64,000 bases of DNA from a virus: the IMG/VR virus record IMGVR_UViG_3300032288_003086, positions 60,087 to 124,086 of that record; one strand, written 5' to 3'. The position numbers and the translations under genes were made by a program. Shown here piece by piece: positions 19,839 to 30,208 of the stretch. Every line of letters starts with the position of its first letter. Within the stretch, counting starts at the first letter, position 1. The notes beneath the pieces are model-generated. The model did not search any database and was not told where the DNA came from. It saw only the letters and a program-made list of their open reading frames with translations.

Positions 19839-20993
19839 ATGTCAGCAAACAAGATAGTAGTAACAAATGCAGCTACATTGAGCGCAGCCATAGCGGCTGC
19901 TGCTACCAATGACACTACCTGCATTTCCATAGAGTCCAATACAGATATCATACAACTGACATCTACACTGAACATTCCTGCTGACTTTGTAGGTAATGCT
20001 TCCAGGACTTTGATCATCGAAGGCAATGGTATCACTTTACAGCCTGCAAGTAACTTTGGCACTGATACCTCATTGATCAGGAGAAACAATGGAATTGGTA
20101 CTGACATCAAGACCTGTTCAATTGTAATCAGGGATGTCTACTTTGACTGTAGAAATTATCCTATGTATGCTTTGGAATTGTTCAGCGCATCCAATGTGAT
20201 CATTGAGAACTGTAAGTTTGACAATTGCAAGGTAGGCATGTCCTTAGCTAATGTAGACAGGGCTGCCATCAATAATTGCAGGGCATATAATGTAAAGTCA
20301 GTAGGATTCAGAGACGGGGTAGATCCTGCCTTTGTACATCCACTTAATACTTTGTGTAATGACATAACCTACACCAATTGTAAGGTTATTAGTCTAGATA
20401 CCAATCCTAGCAATATCATAGGGTTCTCATCTTATGCTACAGCTGGTTTAGCATATTATCAATGTGCCACTTTAGGAAGAGTTGGTTATTGTATCAACTT
20501 TGACAGCGCAGGTGGCACAGGAGCTACTCCTCCCAATGTAGTAAACAATGTACAGATCAGGAATTTCAAAGCTCCATCTGCGGATACAGCGATGATATAC
20601 TTACACTTGACTGATGGCTTTGTCAAGATAGATGGTCTTTATATAACCTCCACAGGTGTTCCTGTGACAGGTGGCATGATCATCGTAGAAGCCAATGCTT
20701 ATGTGCTTACTTCTACATTCAACCCACACTTATATGTGGAGAATGTACCATATCTTCCACCAAATGCTAAGTTCAAAACTGCAGGGGGCATACCTTCTCC
20801 TGTAAATTGTCCTGTAGCTCCTCCTGATAATGTAGTGACTTGGGAATTCAAGGAAATATACGACGGGCGTAATATCTTTGGTCCTGGAAGATGGTATAAT
20901 AGTCTCATACCTTATCATAGGTATGCTGAGTTCTTCGATGAGTCGAAGATCATACTTGCAGATTCAATCTTTGTAAACAACAAATATATCTAA
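19839..20993 (+). CDS. Right-handed beta-helix tail spike-like protein
   Basis: IEGNGITL, IENCKFDNC, INNCRAYN pectate-lyase-like repeats. Confidence 0.65.
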   Translation: MSANKIVVTNAATLSAAIAAAATNDTTCISIESNTDIIQLTSTLNIPADFVGNASRTLIIEGNGITLQPASNFGTDTSLIRRNNGIGTDIKTCSIVIRDVYFDCRNYPMYALELFSASNVIIENCKFDNCKVGMSLANVDRAAINNCRAYNVKSVGFRDGVDPAFVHPLNTLCNDITYTNCKVISLDTNPSNIIGFSSYATAGLAYYQCATLGRVGYCINFDSAGGTGATPPNVVNNVQIRNFKAPSADTAMIYLHLTDGFVKIDGLYITSTGVPVTGGMIIVEANAYVLTSTFNPHLYVENVPYLPPNAKFKTAGGIPSPVNCPVAPPDNVVTWEFKEIYDGRNIFGPGRWYNSLIPYHRYAEFFDESKIILADSIFVNNKYI

Positions 20994-20999
20994 ACAACC

Positions 21000-23258
21000 A
21001 TGGCATTTTATAGACATTTCTGGGATCTCGCTAATTCCACAACTTACTCCTCACATGTGATTGGGGCGTTTGATCGCAATACAACTACAGGTGGAGGCAT
21101 CTTCCGCTGGGTAGGTGGAGTTAACAACAGCACCATCACTAATATTCCTGGTGTCAGAATCAAACCTGTGAATGCTGTTACAGGATACTGGCTGCGCTCA
21201 TTTGATGGTCCAATCTCAGTAAGCTGGTTTGGATGTCAAAACAGTGTAAGCATTCCTAACACCTATGCTCAGCTTGGTGTAAATCAGCTCACTTTGGATT
21301 CTTATTATGGACCTGGCTTTGCAACCACCACTGATAACTATGATACTACAGCTATCAGGTATGCAATGAAGTTCATGGACGACATGATTGCATTGAATGC
21401 TACTCCAAGTTCTGGGGCAAGTCTTCCCGTAAATGCAAACTCATTGACATTTGAACCTAAGACATACTATCTTACAAGAATGGTAACTCTTCCAAGAGGA
21501 TCCAATACCATTCTTCCTCCTTTTGTAACAAACGACATATCAATCATCATTGATGGCAATGGAGCCACGATTAAGAAAGCAAACAATAACCAGTTTGATT
21601 TCTTCAATCGTTATCCTTCAAATCCATCCAATCCCAATGATGCCATTGAAATGAAAAAGGCAAGTGTGACCTTTAAGAATTTCAATGCTGACGGTTTGGG
21701 AGGAGTATGGCAAGGAAGTGGATATTCATTTCTGACATTGACTGCTTCAAATAATGCTTTGGTTGAGAATCTAACCATTCAGAATTTTGATATTGGTGTT
21801 AGAATGGAGTGGTGTGATTCAGCAATGATTCAAAAAATAAACACTACAGGCATTGCTACCAATAGCATACGTACTTCAAGTGGTTCTTGGCCTGGTGCAA
21901 CTCCTTCAGTAGGATGCACTAATCTAAAAATAAATCAGGTAAATGTCCTTGATACAATAAGTCAATCTGAATGTATCAAAGTAATTGACGGTGCTGGTGT
22001 AGAAATAGAACATATTGTACTGACAGGTACAAGCAAATTCGATCATGGTATCTACCTTGACTCAGGGTCTCCAACACTTCAGGGTTTTAACTTGAAAGCA
22101 TCAAAAGTTTATGATGTAAATTACATACAAAGCAATACAAATCCACAGGTTACCCAGGGATGGAACAATGCACTTGTCACAGTAAAAGCCACATCGAATA
22201 ATCGATACCTCCTTGATACTGTATACATATTATATACTATTTTCCCATACAATCTTTCTCCAACTTCAATTATAAACATTGAAGAAACGGCGTCTGTTCC
22301 TGGAAGAAATCCAATAATCGAGCTTAGGAATATTCCTGTTTACTCGACTTATCCTACAGCTCCTACATTGCCTGTAAATACTACTACTGGACTATGGCCT
22401 ACAATGTTCAGAAATGTAGGAAGCACAATTTGGGATTTTCAAACTGTAGACTTTGGCGGTGATCCTTCAGTGAATGCCGCAGCAATTGTAAATCCTACAA
22501 ATAATTTATGGGTAACGATTGCACCTGCCACTATTCCTTCAATATCTGATTTAATTTACAATAATCCTCTTTCTGCATGCTGTAACATACAAGATACGCT
22601 TGCCGCAGGTCAGGATATTGCAGATGGTCTTTTGTTTATTGGAACCGATGCTGGTGTATCCAACACAGGTGCCAGTGATGTGATCGGACTTGGTTCTGAT
22701 GCAGCTAGTGGAAACAGTGGAATTGATGTGGTTGCACTTGGTAACAGTGCAGCATTGACCAACACAGGAAGTGATGTAGTAGCCATAGGTAACAATGCAC
22801 TCTCAGGTAATACAGGTAGTGATGCTATTGCAATTGGTGAGAACGCAGGTCAGAACCAGACAGGTGCTGATGCCATCCTCATTGGTCAAGGTGCTGGATT
22901 CAACAACATTGGAATCGAAGTGGTGGCGATAGGTAAGAGCGCAGGTAATGCCAATACTGGAGACAAACTTCATGCAATGGGTGTACTTGCAGGTGCAGGT
23001 AATGCTGGAGACTTTGTTGTCGCACTTGGTTCAGGTGCTGCTCAAACCAACACTGTGAACTATGTACTTGCCCTTGGTAATGGTGCTGGAGCTAACAATG
23101 CAATTCCTAACTCCACCATCATCTCCAATGACTGTCTTCCTTCATATTTGAATTATGCAGCTGCGTCTGCTGTGATCATAGCTCCTGGTGCTACAACTGG
23201 TACATACTTATATCATGACCAGACCACTAACTCCATTGGAGCAGTAAGAATACCCTGA
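21000..23258 (+). CDS. Tail spike/fibre: beta-helix plus C-terminal 14-aa Gly/Asn repeats
   Basis: GGGIFRW...ISVSWFG N-terminus, IDGNGATI, repeats such as NTGSDVVAIGNNAL. Confidence 0.72.
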   Translation: MAFYRHFWDLANSTTYSSHVIGAFDRNTTTGGGIFRWVGGVNNSTITNIPGVRIKPVNAVTGYWLRSFDGPISVSWFGCQNSVSIPNTYAQLGVNQLTLDSYYGPGFATTTDNYDTTAIRYAMKFMDDMIALNATPSSGASLPVNANSLTFEPKTYYLTRMVTLPRGSNTILPPFVTNDISIIIDGNGATIKKANNNQFDFFNRYPSNPSNPNDAIEMKKASVTFKNFNADGLGGVWQGSGYSFLTLTASNNALVENLTIQNFDIGVRMEWCDSAMIQKINTTGIATNSIRTSSGSWPGATPSVGCTNLKINQVNVLDTISQSECIKVIDGAGVEIEHIVLTGTSKFDHGIYLDSGSPTLQGFNLKASKVYDVNYIQSNTNPQVTQGWNNALVTVKATSNNRYLLDTVYILYTIFPYNLSPTSIINIEETASVPGRNPIIELRNIPVYSTYPTAPTLPVNTTTGLWPTMFRNVGSTIWDFQTVDFGGDPSVNAAAIVNPTNNLWVTIAPATIPSISDLIYNNPLSACCNIQDTLAAGQDIADGLLFIGTDAGVSNTGASDVIGLGSDAASGNSGIDVVALGNSAALTNTGSDVVAIGNNALSGNTGSDAIAIGENAGQNQTGADAILIGQGAGFNNIGIEVVAIGKSAGNANTGDKLHAMGVLAGAGNAGDFVVALGSGAAQTNTVNYVLALGNGAGANNAIPNSTIISNDCLPSYLNYAAASAVIIAPGATTGTYLYHDQTTNSIGAVRIP

Positions 23259-23290
23259 TTTGTTTGGGTTGTTTGATTATTGGTTGGTTG

Positions 23291-23325
23291 CCCCTACAGA
23301 TGCTCTCTGTAGGGGTTTTCCTTTT
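23291..23325 (+). terminator. Intrinsic terminator ending the late operon
   Basis: CCCCTACAGA-TGCTC-TCTGTAGGGG then TTTTCCTTTT at the strand convergence point. Confidence 0.8.
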
Positions 23326-23602
23326 AGAATATCTTAGGACTCTTGCGCAACCTTGCAATCTTGAGATGCACCAGATAACCTATTAGATCATCAATGCTAT
23401 CTTCAGTATCTGGGGTAATCCCCATATTTTGTATACGTCTTAACTTGTCATTGATCCTAGCTTGTATACCTATCTCAGGATCAATATTGAAAAGCGGGCC
23501 CTGCTGATGTACAGCATCCCCATAAGCCTTGCTCTTGGAGAGTAATAGGACTTTAATTTGGTCACAGACTTCTTCTATCAGATACTCAGTACTTTTTTCC
23601 AT
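23324..23602 (-). CDS. Nucleotide modification-associated domain 1 (DUF1599-like) protein
   Basis: LLSKSKAYGD...RINDKLRRI...EDSIDDLIGY; start moved to MEKST. Confidence 0.65.
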   Translation of the reverse strand: MEKSTEYLIEEVCDQIKVLLLSKSKAYGDAVHQQGPLFNIDPEIGIQARINDKLRRIQNMGITPDTEDSIDDLIGYLVHLKIARLRKSPKIF

Positions 23603-23957
23603 GTAACCGTTCTCTTGTTGCATTATACCTGATTTTGGCATGGATGTGCCAGTCTATGTCAATATTGAGTCCACCGCAAAGATCCAGTATTCTAATGATG
23701 GAATCAGCCATCTCATCTGCAAACTGGTCTTTTACCAAAAGGGTAAAGTGTTCTGCAAATTCAGCATCATTCATATCATTGAACTGTTCCTTGATTTCAG
23801 GACTGAGAGTATGCACATAGCCTTCTCGCCTGTGCACTTCTACAGCCTCTGCAAGTTCTGTTACTACTAGCATCAAAGCTTCAGCAATGTTGCGTTCATT
23901 ATCCCAAAATCCTTTTTTTTTGGCATTGAGATAGATCACATCCCTAAGATCATTCAT
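23586..23957 (-). CDS. MazG-like NTP pyrophosphohydrolase
   Basis: LMLVVTELAEAVE...DEMADSIIRILD...K.RYN..R..HGK; start moved to MNDL. Confidence 0.8.
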   Translation of the reverse strand: MNDLRDVIYLNAKKKGFWDNERNIAEALMLVVTELAEAVEVHRREGYVHTLSPEIKEQFNDMNDAEFAEHFTLLVKDQFADEMADSIIRILDLCGGLNIDIDWHIHAKIRYNATRERLHGKKY

Positions 23958-24135
23958 CTTTGTCATAATCTGGATAGTCTTTCCATTCTTCCTCAGGAAG
24001 ATAGCCTTGGAAGAACTTGTGTGTTTTTTCATTATGCAGCAACTGGAGAAACTCCTCCAGCGCTGCAGTATCGTTGTAATTGCAAATATCGTCTATAATC
24101 TGTTCGACTACGCGATCAATGATTGTTTTACTCAT
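23950..24135 (-). CDS. Hypothetical protein
   Basis: 61 aa, translationally coupled to both neighbours. Confidence 0.6.
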   Translation of the reverse strand: MSKTIIDRVVEQIIDDICNYNDTAALEEFLQLLHNEKTHKFFQGYLPEEEWKDYPDYDKDE

Positions 24136-26057
24136 TAGAACAATGTTGTTTGTATATAACCTTTTCTAGCACCCTCAATATTAGCAATTTCCTGGTAAAT
24201 CTGTTCCAAGTAATACTTGGTATTGATACCATATTCTTCAAAGGGTTTATCCTCGAATTTGTTGAATACCCGTTGTATCCAGTGGCCTGCCTCTAGTTGT
24301 ATCTCTCTACCATCAGGATGGCATTTGAATAGCTTGACACCAGATTCTGCGATATAGTACCGCACTAGCTTCTGAAGCTTGTCTTGGGTATATATTCCAT
24401 CTTTGACATAGCGCTGTACAAAGCACCATTCGCCGCGGATTTTAACACCTCCACAGTAGTCAAAGATGTTTGTATTGGACGCCAGATAATCCTCAGGCTT
24501 TACACCATTGACAAAATACTCATACAGTGCTTTGGATACCACAAGAAAGCTTTTGTTTTTGTGTAGGGCAATATCCTTCCACTCGAACCTGCCCTTGCAC
24601 TTAGGCTCTTTACCTTTACCATAGACAGCGATGTAGTTGTTTACATCTGCAATAATCATCTTCTGGTAGGTATCTACCTCAAGCTGTAGGCTGGTCATCT
24701 CTTCCCACTCCTTGCATACTTTCTCAAATGCAGGCATCTGGTCTCTAGGTATACGAAACTCAAGGCCATCAGTATTTTGCATGAGGGGTTGTGCATCAGG
24801 TATGGCCAGCATCACATTCTCATAGAGTATACTCAGCAGCAGTTGACCATTGACAGTAATGCGGAAGGTCAACTCTGGATCATACAGGAAGCTGTGTTTG
24901 TTCTTGCTTAGACCGTATGTACTATTGAGAATAATCTTGAACAGATAGTTCAGGGGATTCTTCTTGTCATACTTCTTACGCTCCTCGAAGAACCACTCAT
25001 ACAGCTCACAGAAGTCATCTTTGGGAATATGGGCGGGAGACCACTGATTGCGGATAGCTAGATTGGGATAGAAACTGGTGACATCTGCTGTGACTATGAC
25101 ATGCTGATCATCGGAGTCATACACTCCTGAACTGATACAACCATGCACGCCACCCAATGCATACACGGTATCCACTCCAAAGGCTCTCATCATATGCTGA
25201 GGTCCCTTGATCTTACCATCTGTGATTTGCACATCCAGCTTTCTAAACCATGCAAGCATGTTACAGAATTCAGGTGTTTTGAATCGTACATAAGGCAAGA
25301 TAAGATCCTTGATAGGCACATTCTTTCTCTCTGTGCGTAGGGCCTTGATGGTTTTCTTATCCATATCAAGCTTTTGGCTCAGAAAGTGGATGAACATCTC
25401 CTTGCTTATGCGCGGCTCGCTGGCTGAATGAAGCTTTAAGCCATATTCTTTGCTCAGTTTAGCCCTCAGGTTGATCTGCTTTTTCATATCTCCAAGCAAG
25501 AATATCCCTTTGGTGCTGGATACGTCATTCATGCAATAGCTGATTACAGCTTGTAATTGCGCTTCATCCTCTACAGGTTTGTAGTGAGGATGTGGCATTT
25601 CTTCTACATTATCCCAATCCATGCTGTATTGAATCCACTTGAGTCCGCATCTTTTGGCTTCGCTATCCCAGTGGTTGAGCTTAAATATATCTACTTGTGG
25701 CATACTTAGCTTCCATTCAGGATAATCTGCAAACTCACCTTTATTGGATTTTTCAATAACACTTTGGGCATATGCATATATCTCAGATGAAGCATGTTCA
25801 CCTGAGATGACAGAGAGTCTGTCAGCTTTTTTGAGTATGAACTCTATAATCTGGGCGTCAAATGCCAGATTATTGAATCCGAACATCCAGGTTTGATTTA
25901 TCCTGCACTCCTTAAGAAACTCAACAAGGTGTTCAATGTCATTCCTAAGGGGACTTACTACAAATACCCTGCGCTCAGTACTCACATAAGACTCGAAGAC
26001 CCCGATGAAGCAATTCACCAGGGTCTCTAAGTCATATACCCAATGTTTTGTGGTCAT
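24135..26057 (-). CDS. Family B DNA polymerase
   Basis: Exo I YDLET, FNNLAFD; motif A DVTSFYPN; motif B KIILNSTYG; motif C NTDG. Confidence 0.93.
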   Translation of the reverse strand: MTTKHWVYDLETLVNCFIGVFESYVSTERRVFVVSPLRNDIEHLVEFLKECRINQTWMFGFNNLAFDAQIIEFILKKADRLSVISGEHASSEIYAYAQSVIEKSNKGEFADYPEWKLSMPQVDIFKLNHWDSEAKRCGLKWIQYSMDWDNVEEMPHPHYKPVEDEAQLQAVISYCMNDVSSTKGIFLLGDMKKQINLRAKLSKEYGLKLHSASEPRISKEMFIHFLSQKLDMDKKTIKALRTERKNVPIKDLILPYVRFKTPEFCNMLAWFRKLDVQITDGKIKGPQHMMRAFGVDTVYALGGVHGCISSGVYDSDDQHVIVTADVTSFYPNLAIRNQWSPAHIPKDDFCELYEWFFEERKKYDKKNPLNYLFKIILNSTYGLSKNKHSFLYDPELTFRITVNGQLLLSILYENVMLAIPDAQPLMQNTDGLEFRIPRDQMPAFEKVCKEWEEMTSLQLEVDTYQKMIIADVNNYIAVYGKGKEPKCKGRFEWKDIALHKNKSFLVVSKALYEYFVNGVKPEDYLASNTNIFDYCGGVKIRGEWCFVQRYVKDGIYTQDKLQKLVRYYIAESGVKLFKCHPDGREIQLEAGHWIQRVFNKFEDKPFEEYGINTKYYLEQIYQEIANIEGARKGYIQTTLF

Positions 26058-26446
26058 CGTACAATAGGTGGTTCTATAGCTGGCTTTTCATCCAGGTATT
26101 GTTTGTAATCAAATGACTCATCATTCACTGCAAAGCGGGCAATCAGTGCTTCGATATCTTCTCTTGATTCTACATAGTACTCATACCAGGTATCCAATAC
26201 CCTGCGTTCTTCAGAGTAGTTTTTGCCATTTTCCCTAGCTGCTCTAAGGTAACTTACGTCTCCTTTCTCAGTCATTTTTGGGACAAGTTGGAATGCTTCT
26301 TTGCACTCTTTACTGATCACAGCAAGGACACCTTGGTCTTTGTCATAAATCACCTCATTGTATGGACACTCCATCTCAACTGGGATCATTCTGAAGGTCT
26401 TCCCTCTGTTCCAAGAGGAATGAATAAGCATCATTGATTTTTGCAT
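26054..26446 (-). CDS. Hypothetical protein in replication module
   Basis: 130 aa, ATGA overlap with polymerase. Confidence 0.7.
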   Translation of the reverse strand: MQKSMMLIHSSWNRGKTFRMIPVEMECPYNEVIYDKDQGVLAVISKECKEAFQLVPKMTEKGDVSYLRAARENGKNYSEERRVLDTWYEYYVESREDIEALIARFAVNDESFDYKQYLDEKPAIEPPIVR

Positions 26447-26990
26447 ATAGTTTTGGTTTTAAGGTTTCCTTTTCCAGATTTGGCAGGTCGCACAATTCGC
26501 CTGTAAATCTAATATGTTCCTCGTCAACTGCAAGGATTTCACTGTACAATTTTACATACCTCTCAGGAAAGAGGAAACTTTCCATATAGATCCATTCAGG
26601 GCTGTCATGCCCATAAAACTCTCTGATCTTGTTTTTGACCAGCTTGGATAACTTACTGTACTTGCCCTGAAGGACAAGACTGTAATCCTCCCTGATACAA
26701 TGCAAGTCAAATGACATAGCTACTTGACTATCTCCAATATTATGGATTTCATCAAACATGGGACTTTGCACTAATGAATCCAGCTGGTACTTATCCCAAG
26801 CAGGATCATCATGCGGGTTGTCAAAAGTCAGTATTATCCGCTGGTCATCCACTGTATACAATCCTTCCAATTGTAGATACGATTGCTTGAATGGAAACTT
26901 GGCTGTCTTTTTCAGACCAAGCACAGGTGCCAGAAAACTCCTTGACTTCTGGAAATACCTTGAATACAACTTTTTCAGTTGATAGGTCAT
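26376..26990 (-). CDS. Hypothetical protein in replication module
   Basis: 204 aa, coupled to upstream gene. Confidence 0.7.
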   Translation of the reverse strand: MTYQLKKLYSRYFQKSRSFLAPVLGLKKTAKFPFKQSYLQLEGLYTVDDQRIILTFDNPHDDPAWDKYQLDSLVQSPMFDEIHNIGDSQVAMSFDLHCIREDYSLVLQGKYSKLSKLVKNKIREFYGHDSPEWIYMESFLFPERYVKLYSEILAVDEEHIRFTGELCDLPNLEKETLKPKLYAKINDAYSFLLEQREDLQNDPS

Positions 26991-28054
26991 AGAAGGAATT
27001 CTTGGTAGTCAGACTTATCGTGTGCTATGGTAAGTGTGTGATAGGGGAGATTGAAGTCCTTATTTACAAAATGCTTGTCAGCCATCTGTAATGCTTCCAA
27101 AGTCTTTTGGGTATACTCCTCCATGCTTTTCTCAGATATCCTAAAAGGTGCAATCTGCATATAGGGATCTACTACAAGAAACCTGAACTCCACTGGGTAA
27201 TCCACACCATATGTAGTCATCTTGACATTATCTACAATCATCTTGTAGATGGCTGCCTGTAACCAATACTTGTAATACTCCACTGTATCTGGGAACTGTG
27301 ACAAGGGCTTGGATGTTTTCTTCAAGTCATTCACGCGGATCACTTTTTCATCATGGTCTATGACTAGATTGTCAATGATACCGCGTATGCCAAACTCATA
27401 ATCAGCAAACATCACCAGCTCAGTCTCATTGTGAACAGTTGATTCCAAGCTATCCATGCCCATTAGCTTACGCATGGCTATGTTGTTGGTAAATGTCTCT
27501 CGCACCCTTTCAGCAAATACAACCATGTCCCTGTCAACAACAGTGCGACCATTCTTCTTGAGAAGAAAGTCTAAGTACTCCATGTTCTTGTCAGTGAGCA
27601 TGCGATCTAAGCGCTGCTGGTCTGTCTTGAGGGTCTGATGCAGATTCTCATCCTTGAGGATATCAAGCATGGCATTCTGTACATTCTCTAAATAGGGAAG
27701 GATGCTTTCTTTGACATCTCTGATTTGAGGATAAGCTTCTGCAATATGACTATGCAATCGCTCCATCACACGCTTGGGATTGTCACTTGGGAAAGCATTG
27801 GGTAACACTACAAACTCATCCTGGAAGTTTTCAGGATTGAGCAGCATGCAATGGATCAGTTTACCTTCAGCCATTGCTTTGTCTGTGGTGTCGTCCCTTT
27901 GTCTAAGGACATAATGTTGGTAAAACGCGCCTGGGCTGAACAGTAACCTGTTCAATCCTGAATAGGACATCAGGAATCCTTGCGCAAAAAACTCGTCTTC
28001 GAGTTTTAACTTCTCTACGAGGTCTAATTCATAGGGGTTAAGGAAGGGTTTCAT
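26987..28054 (-). CDS. PD-(D/E)xK exonuclease (RecE/DUF3799-like)
   Basis: SYSGL...GKLIH...E...RGIIDNL...DLKK...YWLQAAIY. Confidence 0.8.
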   Translation of the reverse strand: MKPFLNPYELDLVEKLKLEDEFFAQGFLMSYSGLNRLLFSPGAFYQHYVLRQRDDTTDKAMAEGKLIHCMLLNPENFQDEFVVLPNAFPSDNPKRVMERLHSHIAEAYPQIRDVKESILPYLENVQNAMLDILKDENLHQTLKTDQQRLDRMLTDKNMEYLDFLLKKNGRTVVDRDMVVFAERVRETFTNNIAMRKLMGMDSLESTVHNETELVMFADYEFGIRGIIDNLVIDHDEKVIRVNDLKKTSKPLSQFPDTVEYYKYWLQAAIYKMIVDNVKMTTYGVDYPVEFRFLVVDPYMQIAPFRISEKSMEEYTQKTLEALQMADKHFVNKDFNLPYHTLTIAHDKSDYQEFLL

Positions 28055-28484
28055 CTGGATCTTCTGTTTTTAAGTCTACTGCTTCACAGAAGGAGTCCAG
28101 AACAGCAATATATACGCCAGGATTTGTCTTGTCATAGCTCCATGGCAACCCATCAATGTAAAGAGGTACTGGTAGTATCTCTTCCACATTGTCATCATCA
28201 ATCCATCCAGCTTTTGTCATCTCGTCTTGGATCGTCTGAGCAGGATTGATAAAATCCCACTTATGACGACTAGCCCTTACAAAATGCATTCCTATGATTA
28301 TAGGTTTGGACATGCCTGATAGCGCTGCCTTGAAGGCTGGCTTGTGCATCATCCAATATGCTGCAGATAGTTTGCGATACTTCTGAGTTTGCTTGCTCGC
28401 TATGAATAATCCTGAGCGTGTCATAATCCTGCTGTTCTTGCTGGAAGGCACGGCTCCTGGTATGAATAATGGTTTTGATTTCAT
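28038..28484 (-). CDS. RusA-like Holliday junction resolvase
   Basis: VPSSKN...WDFIN...IQD...GWIDDDN. Confidence 0.75.
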   Translation of the reverse strand: MKSKPLFIPGAVPSSKNSRIMTRSGLFIASKQTQKYRKLSAAYWMMHKPAFKAALSGMSKPIIIGMHFVRASRHKWDFINPAQTIQDEMTKAGWIDDDNVEEILPVPLYIDGLPWSYDKTNPGVYIAVLDSFCEAVDLKTEDPDETLP

Positions 28485-29428
28485 CCTAACAACGATTTCA
28501 ACTGCTCTTTTACCTTAGATGCTCCAAACTCTTTGATAGAGTCGCTCACATCTTTGGCCATCTTCAAATGCAGAAAAGGTATTCCATGAGTTTGGCGGTA
28601 CTTTTCCATCATCCTGATGCCAGCTTGGTCGTTGTCAAATATAATATACTTTTCAGGATATTCAAGTATCCAATCAATGATACGCTCCAATCCTGAATTC
28701 TCGCTTTGGGGAGCAATATAGTCCCCGTCTATGCCTAGTGAACTCATGGACATGATATCCTTGAGGGAACTGCATATAAATAATCTGGGTTTGCCTTTGA
28801 TCTGGTCCCAGCCTTGGATATAGTTCTTGAAAGTCATGAACTTCTGGTCCTGCTTATAAGGCTGATATACCTTGTAAAGCTCTCCAGTACCTGTAAGGTA
28901 TGCGTAGGTAAAGCCTTTCATGACCATTTCCATCCTCTCCTCACCTTTGACTAACACCAGTTTGGACAATGCTTTGACATTGTATTTGTCTAGTATTTTG
29001 CTGCCAATATTGTATGGACTCCAAAAATCCACATCACTCTTGCTCCAAGGGCGTACTGTATAATTCTCCACTTCCCACTTTTTCTGGGGTTTTGATGGTT
29101 GAATCTCATATATACCATTGTTTTTGAGATACTCCCTATAGTCATCCATTATTTTCAGTACAGCATCCCTGAAAGAGAGTGAAAACATATGGCCAACCAG
29201 ATCAGTGGCGTTGCCTTTTATGCCTGTGGAAAAACAACAAAACCTATAACTCTTGACATCATTGGGAACATATACACACATACTGGGGGTTCTGTCCAAT
29301 GAGTTGAATACACTGTTGATCTTTATAGTCTGCCCCACCAGCTTTTGGCTCAATTTCAAATAATATTCATATATCCAAGTGACAGGAATATCATCTATCC
29401 CAGTCACTGCGTTTCTGCTTGAAAACAT
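28481..29428 (-). CDS. DNA primase (crAss-like DnaG/TOPRIM)
   Basis: DRTPS, SSLKDIM, APQSE, FDNDQAG, KDVSD; start moved to MFSSRN. Confidence 0.8.
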   Translation of the reverse strand: MFSSRNAVTGIDDIPVTWIYEYYLKLSQKLVGQTIKINSVFNSLDRTPSMCVYVPNDVKSYRFCCFSTGIKGNATDLVGHMFSLSFRDAVLKIMDDYREYLKNNGIYEIQPSKPQKKWEVENYTVRPWSKSDVDFWSPYNIGSKILDKYNVKALSKLVLVKGEERMEMVMKGFTYAYLTGTGELYKVYQPYKQDQKFMTFKNYIQGWDQIKGKPRLFICSSLKDIMSMSSLGIDGDYIAPQSENSGLERIIDWILEYPEKYIIFDNDQAGIRMMEKYRQTHGIPFLHLKMAKDVSDSIKEFGASKVKEQLKSLLG

Positions 29429-29443
29429 GGGCAAATAAATTAG

Positions 29444-29476
29444 TGAGGGGAGGACAATGGCTCTCCTCCCCTTCAC
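29444..29476 (-). terminator. Intergenic hairpin
   Basis: GTGAGGGGAGGA...TCCTCCCCTTCAC inverted repeat. Confidence 0.5.
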
Positions 29477-29494
29477 AAAGCAACACTAAAACAA

Positions 29495-30169
29495 TTAGTT
29501 CAAGTCAAGATCGCTGCCGCTGTCTCTTCCTGCAAAGGAATCAACTGGCTTCTTTTTCTTGATATGGTCTGACTCACTGAATTGAATCAACTTAGAAGGC
29601 TGTTGTCCTTCAACATACAACTGAAAACCCTTCTTGCTTCCTTCATTCTTGGGAAGGAAAAGTCTGTACTGAGTGTATCCACTCTTATTCTCATACTCTG
29701 AACCTGCAACACAGAAATGGAACCATCTATCCTTGCTTACAAGGTATGGTTTGGCATTGTTCAGATACTCTTCGATGGTGGCACCTTGGATGTCTTTCTC
29801 CTTAAGAACATCAGCAACGCCGATTTCTTTGGCAAAGTTCCAAATCCACTTGAAAATCATGTCTTCCTTCAAGGTAGTATTACCATCCTTGTTGGTGTAG
29901 TCACTATAAGAATACTGCTGGGTTTGTACCCTAGCAACCTGACCTTGGTAGTTACCTAGTTCAGGAGTATCCTTGTTGATAGGCAATCCTTCGAAACCAT
30001 CACCAATAGGTTGGGTTTCTAATTGTAACACCATATTAAATGCCGAGGCATCATAAGGTGGTACATCTAATGAAATGTCAATTACTCTGGCAATCACGAT
30101 GCCTGGTTGGATTACTTTGGGCGTCATGCTGGCACCCATCTTTTTGTCTGCTTCTTTGCTGCTAAACAT
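29495..30169 (-). CDS. Putative single-stranded DNA-binding protein
   Basis: Lies between AAA_24 ATPase and primase; acidic tail DSGSDLDLN. Confidence 0.55.
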   Translation of the reverse strand: MFSSKEADKKMGASMTPKVIQPGIVIARVIDISLDVPPYDASAFNMVLQLETQPIGDGFEGLPINKDTPELGNYQGQVARVQTQQYSYSDYTNKDGNTTLKEDMIFKWIWNFAKEIGVADVLKEKDIQGATIEEYLNNAKPYLVSKDRWFHFCVAGSEYENKSGYTQYRLFLPKNEGSKKGFQLYVEGQQPSKLIQFSESDHIKKKKPVDSFAGRDSGSDLDLN

Positions 30170-30208
30170 GTCAATGATAATTTAATTGGTTAATAATGAA
30201 TTGAATAA

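Noticed and set aside
22640-23110. Diversity-generating retroelement or DNA tandem repeat in the tail fibre
   Set aside because: Repeats are at protein level with divergent codons; no reverse transcriptase or template/variable repeat pair in the window
24135-26057. Intein or intron in PolB or TerL
   Set aside because: Motif spacing is compact, with no splice-junction motifs or frame breaks
26987-28054. Cas4 assignment for the PD-(D/E)xK nucleases
   Set aside because: The four-Cys Fe-S cluster pattern is absent and the context is phage recombination
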